From assembly GCA_964016885.1 (NCBI GenBank), contig OZ024740.1:356562001-356626000 (forward strand): a stretch of DNA of 64,000 bases. Reading direction: 5' to 3'. Under the pieces are notes generated by a model, which was given only the letters and a program-made list of their open reading frames with translations, did not search any database and was not told the DNA's origin. Made by a program: the position numbers and the translations under genes. Each line of letters opens with the position of its first letter. Position 1 is the first letter of the stretch. Below are positions 11,520-24,414 of this stretch, piece by piece. The stretch comes from Eledone cirrhosa (Eukaryota).

Positions 11520-13600
11520 AATAGGTTCATTAACGCCTACAACGAAGCTCTCCGATTTGAAAGTTATCGATTAACATCACCAAAAGAAAAGCGAATATAA
11601 CCAGAAATGAAGAACATACGAACCAAACTAACTCTAGTTAAAATACATTTTTGTATGACGTATCACTATCATATGAGTTCCTCTGTTGGTATTGGACATA
11701 CGTGAGAAAATGCTACAAGTTGAAACACAATCAAAATATGACATTGAGAGTTTAATACCGACTAAAACATGAACAGTAAATCAAAAGGGGAAAAGGCAAC
11801 CAAAACAGGCAATCAAAAAGGTTATTTTATAGACATGTGTAACGCAGAATTAATGAAAAGACAAAACAATCACAGACAAAATCAACAAGAACTAAAAATA
11901 ATTCGAATAAACACCGTAAAATTCGACAGAAAAAGAATAAAACTATGTAGGTATCCATCGTCAATTGAAGGACAAAAATAGGCGTTTGCGTGCAAAAACG
12001 TAAAGATACATAGAAAAAAAGAAAAAAACACTAGTCGACTAAAATGTCACCATTTTAAATAAAAGGCCGGACTTTACCACTCAATTCCTACAAGTAAAAT
12101 TAAAATGGCATATATAGTCATATAAAGAATATGTTTCTATTCTATATGCATATTTCAGGGTATCAATGTATCATAAAAATCAAAACACAACAGTATACAT
12201 AAAATCTGGTGGAAAAGTCCGAACAAATTATCAAACTTATAAAGATATATATTAAAAACGAATACAAATACCAACAATTGAAATAGAGCATGTAGAATGA
12301 GTAATACACTACGGGAACATAGATAAGAACATAAAACATCTAATGAATATATATATTGAAAATGTAAACCATCAAAATAGAACCAACATATCCAAGACGT
12401 ACAGAATACTAACCAACAAAAACTGATTCAGAACAATTCAGCTAAAAATTCAGATGAAAGGAAATATCAGGAGGAAATTGTAAATAAAAGAATCCCTGAA
12501 GATAGAATTCTGGACCACAATATGTTAAAACTGGAAATAGTTAAACAATGGAAAACATGGATCTTCCCATAGACGAACAAATAGATCTCCTAAAGATAAA
12601 AATCAATGGTGAAATAGGAACAAAAGATACAACTAAGCTTACCATCATAGGCTTAATTAGCACAAGTAAAAACATTGGTATCACAAAGCTAAATAACATA
12701 TTTATCAGCCACTGTTTTTACAAAGAAAATTTGGTACCCCCATAGACCTACACAAACAGGAATAGCAAAAGCTACGCGAAATCAAAGGTACAAAACGATA
12801 AAAAAAAATAATATGAAAGATCTCTTAATTTTAAATGGAATAGGAATGAAAATAATGTAACTAGAAAAGGAAGAAAATAAAAATATTCAAGAAAAAAGTT
12901 ATAACTAAAAGGGAAATCTCTGAAACAAAGGAAGGCCTAAAACAAAAAATACAGAAATTTGAAAAAAACGCTAAAGTTTTTTCAACAAAACCAGCAAGAT
13001 GATTATCCGAACCCAAACTATTCTACCAGGAACTTAATTGAAGCAAATTAGAGGTAAATCTAACTTCAAAAGTAAACGAAGTGGAAGAGATCTGGGGAAG
13101 ATTGTGGGCAGTACAAGAATAGACACGAACAGGAATAGTAGAACAACAAACTCAGTTTTTGAACGATTATGAGAAGACATCCCGACAGAGGAAGTGTCCA
13201 ACACACTGAAAAGTGCAAGGCGCCGGGATATTTTTAAATTCCCAAATTTTTGTTTGATATCGAGACACATGATGTGCTTGTACAAAAATGTAATGAGATG
13301 TTGGCGGCGCCAGAAATCACACACAAATAGATCATTGCTTGTATCTCCGACATGGAAAAATGGCCACATAAACAACGGCCACATTCTCAATCTTTCTTAA
13401 TCGCTGCACATGTTGCACCATCAGTACATATCTGCACTTTATCAGCAACGATATACCCTATCTTGTCATGCATTCTTGAAAAGAGGTGGATCTTCCGATT
13501 AGTCAAACACAATCTGTCAGCAAGAATCAAAAACCCAGACGCACCAGCCTGGTGTATTTCTCCATAATGTATGAATATTTAGTAATATCCCTTCTTCTGC
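11520..13600 (+). mobile_element. Possible very old LINE remnant
   Basis: Strongly A-rich plus strand; SDH-like DHNMLKLEI near 12513; LRHGKMAT..RCTCC zinc-knuckle-like words near 13350-13420; no long ORF. Confidence 0.3.
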
Positions 13601-13625
13601 AGCATTAATATTTATTTAACTATGG

Positions 13626-13800
13626 AGGGCAGTGGATTGGCAGTATCGGTAGAGGGTCGGACACCATGCTTTGCAGCATATATTTAGAGTTATGGCTGAA
13701 GTTAACATTGCTTTTTCATCCTTACGGGATCCTTAAAATAAAGTACCACCAATGCACTGGGATAATTGCTGGCCATGTGCCAAAAGTAGAAACAATTATT
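13626..13800 (+). mobile_element. Meta/MESC-type tRNA-derived SINE (internally deleted)
   Basis: gtggattggcagtatcggtagag head and tttcatccttacggg...aaaataaagtacca body shared with five other copies. Confidence 0.8.
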
Positions 13801-14639
13801 TATTTAGCTAAATATCATATTACATGGTGGATTCGACATCTCTTTATTTTCATACGTGACAAGCCATTTCTCGAATAAAAGTTTCCTCAAAATATATTTT
13901 CGTTAAGGAGGATGAAAACACGTAAAAATATATACATTTGTTACATTTCTTTTATAAAAAATACTTTCGAAATCTTTAAAAATCACGTTCATTCATATCA
14001 CTTTAAAGAGAGATTTTGTAGCCTGCGTACCAAATTATTCAATAATGATATTCTGTTTTAGCATTAATTTGATATAATTTTCAAAGAAATTTCAAATACA
14101 AAAATAATTTTTTCGGGGGTTTGGTAGGAGGCAATAATTATATTTCAACAAATACATATTTCTGTTCTACCTTCTCTATGATTGCAGTAATTTTCTATCA
14201 AATAAATTAATTAAAAAGAAATATCTTTCAAACAGACTTAAATTTAACCTTTGCCCGCAGTCCTCTTTGCAGCATGAGCGCTTTTCATGTTAAATACATG
14301 ATTAGATTGAAGAATCTCTTGATAGACGCCGCAGAATTATTCTTTAAATGCAACGTTTTTATGTTGATATTATAACGCTATCAAAATATATTACCAACCT
14401 ATGAAATATCATCTCCTGTTATAAATCAGAATTTTATTGATGTAACTTCTATTTTGTAACAATTTCAAAAAGTTTGAAAGAGTGTAATATCCATACTCCT
14501 ATTTTGTTAATCGGTATCACGAAAGCAGAGATGGAAATACTTACTTACTGTATAATCCCAGCGCTCTACTGTTTCAGCCTTCTCAAACAATTAAGAGTTT
14601 CATAAGAGTTTTCAGGATGCCTCCCAGGGCATCTACTAA

Positions 14640-14927
14640 ATTGGTACACCGCCGGTTACAATGACGAGTGTTCCGGTTGACAAGATCACAGCATGCTCGT
14701 GAAATTAACGTGCAAGTGACTCGGCATTCCAGACACGTGTACCTTTAACATAGTTCTCTGGGCGATACAGCATAAAACAGAATATGTCATCGCTGACCCT
14801 TCGAATTACATGTACAATTCATTTTTGCCAGCTGAGTGGACTGGAACAACATGAAATAAAGGTCACAACGCCGAGAATCGACATCACGACCTTACGATCG
14901 TAGGCTGAATCCCCTAACCACTAGGCA
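14640..14927 (-). mobile_element. CORE-type SINE
   Basis: ccagctgagtggactggaacaacatgaaataaag is the reverse complement of the CORE-like body; tRNA-like head near 14880-14927. Confidence 0.7.
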
Positions 14928-15282
14928 CCTACTAATACTCCTGTTCAGCAAAATTTCACTTCCCGCAAATATCTTTACAAAAATATTTAGCGCTACGAGG
15001 GTGAATAGTTTTGAAGATTTTAAAGAGCAAGTGTGAGAAATTTATAGTTCTAATGTTGCAATTCATTATTTTAAAATCTTTCGACGTGTTGTCTATTGTC
15101 TAATATACATACATATTAACAGAGTAGCCAGCCTTTCATTGCCAGGCAATTTTCACTATAGAATGCCTTTCTTTCATCCATGTCAGACCATATCGCCCCC
15201 ACCACGTCTCATCTCCCGTTACTTATTCCCCGGGACCTGTCTCCGTGAATCGTCAATCCCACCCCCCGAACGTGACTTCTAT

Positions 15283-15400
15283 GGAAGGTGAACTGGAGCA
15301 ACACGAAATTAAGTGTCTTTCTCAAAGAAACAACGCGCAGCTGGGAATAGAATTCCGAACCTTACAACCGTGAGCCTAATTCCGTAACCACTAAACCAGG
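15283..15400 (-). mobile_element. CORE-type SINE fragment
   Basis: gtgaactggagcaacacgaaattaagtgtctttctcaaagaaacaacgc plus head. Confidence 0.65.
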
Positions 15401-17231
15401 CTGTGACGAAAAGTCATACACACATTAACAATACAAAATCGAAAGACGGACGATGAAAAAAAAATGCTAATGTCATTGGTTATCTGTTACAGTTGAATCT
15501 AGCAGTTGAATCTACTGATGTATGAAACTTTAGTTATGTTATGATATAAATACCATCTTAACAATGAAATAATTCATAACTTTAGCAAATCTCTCTAAAT
15601 CCTTAAATAATCAATTTAAAAATTATGTATTTCGATATAAATATGGTAGTGAATGAGTTAAAATAAAGATTCACTAAAAACTGTGTTGTTGAACTAGATT
15701 TACAACGTAGCATATTCATCTAAAAATGTAATTACTTAAGCTGGTTAACCAAATCTAATTTATTTAGGTATTTATTCCTTTAAAAGCCTTCAATACATTT
15801 GCGTGATTTCACATATATTGAAACACTTTCTGATTTATACAATTCTACAACGGTGTTTTATATGCCTGTGGCTAATCACGATTTCATGAGAGACTAACTT
15901 CATTCTATGTAATAACTTCTAACCTGTCAGGTGATAAAAAGTCTTACTTTTCCCAAAATCCTTACTGTTTCTAGTATGTTTTTTTTTCTTTGTTAATAAA
16001 TTTGAATTAGACGAGTCAAATCTTGTTAAAATCTTTATAAAGTTCAACATAAGTAAACATACAAATTTCAATTATTTCAACTCAACCGTTTGCCGATAGT
16101 GATTTTGTAAATTTTGTAAAGAAAAAAACAGTGAATGCATAAAATATATTAACGAAATTTATATTCAAAGTTATAACTAGCAGAAAATAATGACATTGGC
16201 ATTATATTGTGAACATTGCCTAACCAAGTGGATTCACAAAACACAAAATTAGATAATGAGTAGTATTTCAAGATGGCTGTATTTACATACGCATTATATA
16301 TATATATATATGACAAGAAATATAGCAATGAAAATCTTGTTTCTAAACCATAGTAGTAAAAATGCTATGACATATCTTAAGGGTATCGACAGGTTCAAAA
16401 CACTCCAAGTAGACGAACGTATTGTACTTAAATAATAGACACAAAGAATATATTTTAAAACAGTGTTATGGGCATAATGGATAGAGAACAAAAGCTCTTC
16501 CTTAATTATAAATATTTCATATTGATCTATGACGCTATACACATTTTATGTTATATTATTTTATTCTCATTGTATTCTGAACTGTAATGCAGTACATTTA
16601 TTGCTTGATACACGATTTATAATTGCATTAATGTTAAACAACAAAAATGTTAAATCCCTACATTACGTGCCATAATGCTATGTGAATTATATTAGAAAAA
16701 ACAGACACGATTATTGGAGGGAGGCAGAACGTGTAAGCAGGCAATTAAGGCAAAACTGTAAGGAATAAGCAATGTAGTACATATTTAGTGCAAATGGGGT
16801 ATTTTAAAATATTCATCCTTTTTAAAATAAAGGCAGAAAAGAAACTACGAACAATTAAATAGTAGCTCTTCATAAAGATTTTCTAAACAAAACTCAGCAC
16901 AAATTGACTAGCAGCATTTGGCAGATGCAGTGCGTAGAATTTGAATTCGCAACCTTGGTGATCATTACTAAATCGTTATTCACCAAGTGCTTCTATGATA
17001 CTAAGTCATTCATGTAAATATTACAAAATATCATATTTTCTATATGCTCAGCTTTTAAAGCGTGTTATTATCTGACTGAAGAATCGATGCAACGAAGAAA
17101 GCACATAATGTTTAATAGTATAATGTTAATATTTTATTCAATAGGATTGCCGATCCTCCTGACTTATAGAAAGACATTTCTCTTAATATTTTCAAACCTT
17201 TTGATATATATATATATATATATATAAATAT

Positions 17232-17373
17232 AACGAAGGAAATGTGATAAGGAACCAGATGGACCATAACGCACCAAAGTACTCAATACTTAGGGTAGTT
17301 GAGTGGGTAATAGGAACAAGAATTAGCCGTCGAAACGGCTTGAGCTCAGCCGTCGGGGTCCTACTTGTTCCTA
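17232..17373. mobile_element. Mini fold-back Penelope-like element in (TA)n, copy 1 of 3
   Basis: Homologous to 17878-18078 and 58131-58312; ataggaacaag/cttgttcctat inverted arms; 3' half hammerhead GAAA-CGGC-loop-GCCG-TC. Confidence 0.75.
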
Positions 17374-17410
17374 TATATATATATATATATATATATAATA
17401 GTAAAATAAT

Positions 17411-17596
17411 ATAATTGTTTCTACATTTGGCACAAGGCCAGCAATTACCCAGTACATTACTGGTACTTTATTTTATCGACCCCGTAAGGATGAAAGGCAC
17501 AGTTAACCTCGACGGGATTCGAACTCAGACCGTAATAGGACGTAACTATGCCAGAAAGCATGACGTGCAACCCTCTACCGATACTGCCAAATCGCC
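17411..17596 (-). mobile_element. Meta/MESC-type SINE
   Basis: Reverse complement of the 27661-27849 family. Confidence 0.85.
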
Positions 17597-17637
17597 AAGG
17601 ACGATTTGTTAAGCCTTCATTACGTTACACTCTCTGG

Positions 17638-18078
<441 letters not shown>

Positions 18079-18185
18079 ATATATATATATACATATATAC
18101 ACACAGGATTTAACCATTGAAAAGTACAATTGCTAATATTATTCTACGCATTCTTACTTTACATTCTTCTTTCGTTTTCTTGTTT

Positions 18186-18221
18186 TACTTTGATAAAGGT
18201 TGTAACCTGAAACGTCAGATA
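18186..18221 (+). ncRNA. Minimal hammerhead motif, U3-A8 variant, weak stem I
   Basis: CT-TTGATAA-AGGTTgtAACCT-GAAA-CG-TC-AG. Confidence 0.55.
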
Positions 18222-18680
18222 CTTTGTTCTCTTTCTCTCGAAGTCAATATTTTCACTGTTCATGTGTTTTTCTCAATTTTAGGTGAACCACATATGACCT
18301 TTCTCAATGTTTCTTTACAGTGTTTCAAACACTCACATTTTCATTATTTGCTCTGTTATTCTAGTTGTGTTCCATTTGTGCAATTTACGACCTCCACTCC
18401 CATCCCACCATATGCTCAGCCATTTTCACGTTAATTTCGTCAGTAGACAGTTTCATTGTTTGAATCAAATGACGCACTCATCATCAGAATCGACATCAAA
18501 CGTTAAGTTAATATATTTCTTCATTTTGCTCTCTCGCTTGTTTTGTTATTTCTGTTTCATATACATACATGCATGCATACACACACACACACACATACAC
18601 ACACATACACACACACACACACACACATTGATGAAGTAACTCCAGTCCCCCGTTTGTCTGTAAGTCTTATATTTTTATGT

Positions 18681-18756
18681 GAGCTGATAGATGACGGTTT
18701 AAGGATTTACAGAAACCCAAGAAGCTAGATATTCCATCTCTCTAGTGGGTCCGGGT
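18681..18756 (+). ncRNA. Degenerate hammerhead-like motif in a microsatellite-flanked remnant (about 18628-18993)
   Basis: GAAA-CCCA...TGGG-TC stem III and GUC are clear; core TAGATGA and stems I/II are poor. Confidence 0.3.
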
Positions 18757-18989
18757 ATGCTTTTTACATTCATTTCATTTATTGATTTATTGATAATTTA
18801 TCTGAGTGTCCCGAATCTTCCATATCGAACTTTTCGGTTATTTGGTTGATTGTAGACATATTCTACGTGTGACGGTATTTTAACGATAGTTATAGCTCTG
18901 ATTTATTTGAATTATAGAGCCCTCTGCCGCTCATCTCGAATTTTGTTTATCGTGAACTCGTGCGCCGATTTTTCGATACTCGATTATTC

Positions 18990-19042
<53 letters not shown>

Positions 19043-19071
19043 GTATGTTATATATATATATATATATATAC

Positions 19072-19370
19072 ATTTGTTTTGCGAGGTTTTTTATATGAAA
19101 TTGTGTGTCGAAATAAATATTGTTATACTTTGAGAGGGTCATATTGTTGTAATAATATTACCAGAAATAATAACAGGACACACTCACTCTTTGGTTGGTT
19201 TTCGCTTCTGTATCTTTTATATCTCCACAGTTAATTCATTCGGTCCTCAATGTTTACCATTGACTGACCAACGGTCAAGAATACAGATATAATATAGATA
19301 TAAACACGTATATAGAGTCTAACAAAGTTCTTTCGTTGCACATCTGCAACATCATCAGTGGTACTATTAT
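19072..19370 (-). mobile_element. Penelope-like pLTR remnant ending at (TA)n
   Basis: Close match to 21927-22215; contains a hammerhead. Confidence 0.8.
19320..19363 (-). ncRNA. Type I hammerhead ribozyme
   Basis: TACCA-CTGATGA-T-GTTGCAgatgTGCAAC-GAAA-GAAC-TT-TGTTA. Confidence 0.75.
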
Positions 19371-19941
19371 GTTCCTTCTGTTGTATTGTATATCTACGCC
19401 ATTTTGAAAAATGGCGTAGATATACAATAGAAGAAACCATACTGGAAAAGTTTCATTTATATATCATACTTAAGTATTTAGATAATATGCTAATAATATA
19501 AAGCTCTGGTATTTCACTTGTTTCATATGAACATGTCCCCTTTTACTTATGTAATGGCATTGCGTATAATGACGTGTACTCTCAACTTATCGAAATTTAT
19601 CAGAATAGTGGTTTTAATGATATTTTCATTTTATTGAGATTTTCATATTTAAACATAATTTTAATGGTGAATTTTCTGAAAGAACTTTTAATTATTATAA
19701 ATTGATCTTCTGATTAATTAATAATATATCGATTATCGATACAATATTTGATGTTTATATAATAGCCAACATTTTTTAATCATGAAATACAAATTTTAAA
19801 TTATGTTCTGTAATTCTTAGTTGTTGAAATGTTCTTGAAAACGTTAAATAAATTGTTAATCTGATAACCAAAGCTCCACAACAAATTTTACTGTCGTGGT
19901 CGTGGTTGTTGTTGTCGTTGTTGTTGTTTTTGGTGCTGTTG

Positions 19942-20003
19942 CTCTTCTTCTTCTTCTTCTTCTTCTTCTTCTTCTTCTTCTTCTTCTTCTTCTTCTTCTT
20001 CTT

Positions 20004-20033
<30 letters not shown>
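19942..20033. repeat. (TTC)n microsatellite
   Basis: Directly visible. Confidence 0.95.
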
Positions 20034-20035
<2 letters not shown>

Positions 20036-20360
20036 CAGCGTTGCATTCAATTATGTGTGAGTGTCCAATAACTTCTTAAAGCATAAGCCTATACTTTTGA
20101 AAGATTGACATTTTGTCCATATAGATATAGTAATTGCTGCTTAAAACCCTATTTATAGAAATAAAACGTAGCTTAGTCATGTTGAAACAGCAATGATACT
20201 TCTGAGAAAAATCATATATCATAGGAAAATATAATGATAAAATGTCATCACATTAACTCATCTGAAAACATTAACTCAACCTAAAACCATCTTAAAAGAA
20301 TATTATTACATATTGTATGTAATAATAGAAAGAACATGCTCTTCATTGTATTGTCTAGAC

Positions 20361-20655
20361 CAGAGGTTCTCAAACTTATCGGGCCACTTTCCCACTCATG
20401 CCCACGTAATACCCTATGTGTACCCGCAAAATGTAAATAATATATAATGAAATCGTTTATTTATATATAATAAATGATATAATATATATTATGTATAAAT
20501 CAATACATATTTTTTATTTTACTATATTTATATAGAATATGTAGCCTTTGATATTTAATATATGTTTATATCATCTCTACCGCCCCTTAGGCTCCAGCGC
20601 TCCCTGGACCTTCTCTATGCCTCCTCAACTGTAGCGCCCACTTTGAGAATCTCCG
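20361..20655. mobile_element. hAT (Charlie-like) MITE
   Basis: TIRs CAGAGGTTCTCAAA / TTTGAGAATCTCCG; 8-bp TSD GTCTAGAC at 20353-20360 and 20656-20663. Confidence 0.9.
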
Positions 20656-21021
20656 GTCTAGACTGTATGTGTAAACATCAGAATTTAGTTTTCCTCCTTT
20701 ACATTCTGACTTCAAATCCCACTAAAATTAAATTGATACAGCATTCTTTCGAAATTCAATGAAATGAGTACCAGTAGTAGATTCACTTTAATCTACATTA
20801 CAAAAAACCATTAGAGATTGTAGTTTTCTTGGTGTTTATGAATATGCCACCTTCGATAACGAAAATGATGTTTCAAGTACTTGTTATCGACTTCCCATTT
20901 AAGCATTCAAGAACGAACATTTGCAAATGGGTTAGGGTTAAGGTTAGCCAAGATATGAGAGACACAATTAATTGAAGAGATATATCCATTATAACATTAA
21001 CTGTTTTAGAAACTATATATG

Positions 21022-21335
21022 CAGTTTGTGTCTAGAGCGTCGGATTCCCAATCATGAAGTTATGAGTTCGATTCCCAGATCGAGCTGTGTGGTGTATCCT
21101 TCAGCAAGATACTTTATTTCACGTTGCTCCAATTTATTCAGCTGTACAAATGAGTTGCGACGTCACTGGTGCCAAGCTGTATCGGCGTATGCCATTCCCT
21201 TGGACAATATCGGTAGCGTAGAGAAGGGAGCCGGGATGGCATCGCCGACTGCTGGTCTTCCACAAATACCCTTGCCTAGAGTTCTCCCCCTAGGTGCAAA
21301 TCCCATGGTCAATCGTGATCGAAAGAGGACTTTTT
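21022..21335 (+). mobile_element. CORE-type SINE
   Basis: gagttcgattcc B box, then cagcaagatactttatttcacgttgctcca CORE-like body; homologous to 36163-36470. Confidence 0.8.
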
Positions 21336-21890
21336 TTTATACAGTTCGTAAAATAATAATTTCATGAAACCAGAATACCATCAGATCATTCCTAGACTTT
21401 ATGTTAGAATAAAATGTCTAATTGGCCTAATTGCCATTACCAGAATATTGTGTTTTAATTTTTCTGCTCCGAACACCATAACATATGCATGCAGCACTCT
21501 TGGTAGCTTCTTAATTACACATCATTGATTCAATTTCATAAGGTTCATTATTTCTTGGCTGCTAAATAATACTATTTCTGTCATTAATTATTATTCTTTA
21601 TCATATTATCTTTTGCTAATGGGTGTTAAGGCGTGAGGCAAATGGCGGATTTGGGGGAGAAAATCTAATTATATGAGAACATTGCATGGTTGAGTCGTAT
21701 TTTCTGAAACTGTCGAAGAAACATGCAGCTCCATTTCATGTGTCTTTAACATTGTTTGATTTCTTTTGCTAAAAGAGGATACGATTTATTTCTCTTTAAA
21801 AGTAAATGTAATATGATATCAAGAAATGCATAGTATTTATGAATGTATAGATATAGACACGCGAGTGGGAGTAGGAATAAAACCCGATAC

Positions 21891-21926
<36 letters not shown>

Positions 21927-21929
<3 letters not shown>

Positions 21930-22228
21930 TTTTCCGAGGTTTTTGATATGAAATCGTGTGTCGAAACAAATATTGTTATACTTGGGGAGGGTCATATTGT
22001 TGTAATAACATTGCCAGAATTAATAACAGAACACATTCACTGTTCCGTTGGTTTTCGCTTCTGTATCTTTTATATCAGTTAATTTATTCGGTCCTCAATG
22101 TTTACCATTGACTGAGCAACTGTCAAAAATATAGATATAATATAGACACAAACACATATATATATAGTCTAACAAATTTCTTTCGTTGCACATCTGCAAC
22201 ATCGTCAGTAGTGCTTTATTTAATCTGT

Positions 22229-22263
<35 letters not shown>

Positions 22264-22774
22264 CATTTGTCTTCTTCTCTGCGCATGCGTTTGCGTGTGT
22301 GTATAGTGTTTGATGTGTTTTCGTGTTTGGGTGACTGTGTTTTGGTTATTGTATTCTAGCTTAGTTTACTAGTGTGTGTTTATATGTGTTTGTTGTAATT
22401 GTGCTTGTGTATGTATTTATTTATTTATTTATTTATTTATATTTCTCTTAAGTCTGTATTGTTTGTTTGGGTGTTGTTATTCCATTCATTTTTTCTGTTT
22501 AACTTTGGCCTTCTAAGTTCTATTTCACTGGCCTCTCTGATTTGCCTATCTGCTGGGTCATTTCTATGTTTAGATATTATTTTAATTCCTATGTTGTTTA
22601 TTTTACCGTCATATTGTTGTCTGGCGTGTTCGTATAGTACTGAACCGTTTTTCCGTCCTTTTAGTTCCCCCCTGTGTAGGTCTATCCTTTCACCTATGCT
22701 ACGAGCTGTCTCGCCTATGTGTTCTGTTATTAATTCTGGCAATATTATTACAACAATATGACCCTCCCCAAGTG

Positions 22775-22779
<5 letters not shown>
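21927..22779 (-). mobile_element. 5'-truncated Penelope-like element with GIY-YIG C-terminus and short inverted arm, flanked by (TA)n
   Basis: HIGETARSIGERIDLH...LYEH...RQIREA...PKLNRKNEW at 22437-22720; 22719-22779 is the reverse complement of 21973-22033. Confidence 0.88.
22170..22213 (-). ncRNA. Type I hammerhead ribozyme (paralogue of 19320-19363)
   Basis: CTGACGA-T-GTTGCAgatgTGCAAC-GAAA-GAAA-TT-TGTTA. Confidence 0.65.
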
Positions 22780-22821
<42 letters not shown>

Positions 22822-22867
22822 AGAGAGAATTCACAAGAATCAAAGCTATGTTCAAAGCATTTATTCA

Positions 22868-22912
22868 ATTCCAATTGTTTCATCCAAACCTAGGCTTGGA
22901 GTCTTCGGACCA
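22868..22912 (-). ncRNA. Hammerhead-like motif (U4C core, cleavage triplet reads GGA)
   Basis: TGGT-CCGAAGA-C-TCCAAGCCtaGGTTTGGA-T-GAAA-CAATTG-GA-ATTG; same sequence on + at 27438-27484. Confidence 0.6.
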
Positions 22913-24414
22913 TTTTTCAATGTTTGTACACATAATAGACCTCCTTTTCAACGCAAGAGACATACAGATACATATGTATATATTGATGTACAGTGGAGTG
23001 ACATATATTATATTATATTATTTATGTATAGCAATTCAAATTCAAAATCAAAATCAAAATTAAAATTAAAACAAAATTAAAACAAAATTAAAATACATTC
23101 GGCAGTTAACATAGATAATGCAAGAGGATAGTTTGTTAATCAGATGTAGTAGTTATAGTATGCGTTAGTTACACGTGGGGAATGCACGTGTGTCTCATTT
23201 ATATATGATTATTGTGTGGCAGGGTATTACATGTAATACAAGCACTTTAAGCGGGTATGTAAGAGTATTATGGAGGTTATAGTGGTAAGGTATTTTTTGT
23301 ATATAATAAAAAAAAGTATGTGTGCAAAAAAATAAAAATAAAAAGGAGAAGCAAAAGAAAGTTATGGTTTTCGTATCCACCACCATTTTCACATTCAGGA
23401 AATGTAATATATAGTTTATACATCCATCACATAATTAACGATGATTCCGTATTAGATGTTTGATGCATTAAATGAAATTATGTTAGCTTATTGCGACTCA
23501 GTGTTCTTTAATCCAATTTTATACAGCAGGTTGTTTCTGCTGCGAGAATTTACATCGGTTTATTATCCGGAAGTATGTGTGTAATTAAGGGAAATTAATG
23601 CGTAAGGGGGGGGGGGGGTGTAACTAGCTGATTTCCTTAACTAAATTCATTGTTCTAACATACATTATAAGGTGTCTCAATTGAGTCCCTTATATAGACG
23701 GTTATATATTTATATACAGTTTCCAATTTTAAATACAGTCTACTCTAACATGATGTACTAAAGGTATTTATATTAGGATGATTACTCCCCATCATAGAGT
23801 GCTACAACTGAATATTCCATACAAAGAGCCATATATTTATATCAAAGTTCTTTGCAAATGTAGTCTACTCACAGAACATCTCAGGGGATCTATTAGAACT
23901 ATGCCTACATAACCCCTGGTAAGTTCTAGAGTAGCGTATGGCTGTTTGCATGGCAAAGCCAAATACATCTCTAGGGCAGACAAAAGCATCCCTCATTTAC
24001 AATGTCATTAATCTATCCATCAATTTATACTTGCATATATAAGTCACATACTATTCATACATAATTCATTGCACTCAACATATAGGTTATACAGATCTCT
24101 TATGTTAATAAATTAATCTTATATCTATCCAATGTTATCACTCCATCATACAAATACAATTGCATACATAATTCATTGTCGAATCTGGTATTTAAAGCTT
24201 ACATAGACTGTATTGTATCACTATATAATTATAAGTAATTGAAAGTAATTATACTAAAAGTAGGTGTTCATGGGGATATTTCTAGGTATAAAGTTATAGA
24301 TAGATGGAATGACTTGTGTTGAGATAGGGTGGATCAGAGAGTGTGGAGTTGTGGGGTAAGGTGTGCCCTTGAGGTGTAGTGTTAGAAGTGGTGATGGGTT
24401 CAAGTCTGACATTG

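Noticed and set aside
18440-18492. CTGATGA...GAAAC on the minus strand
   Set aside because: No convincing stem I or stem II; treated as chance or too decayed
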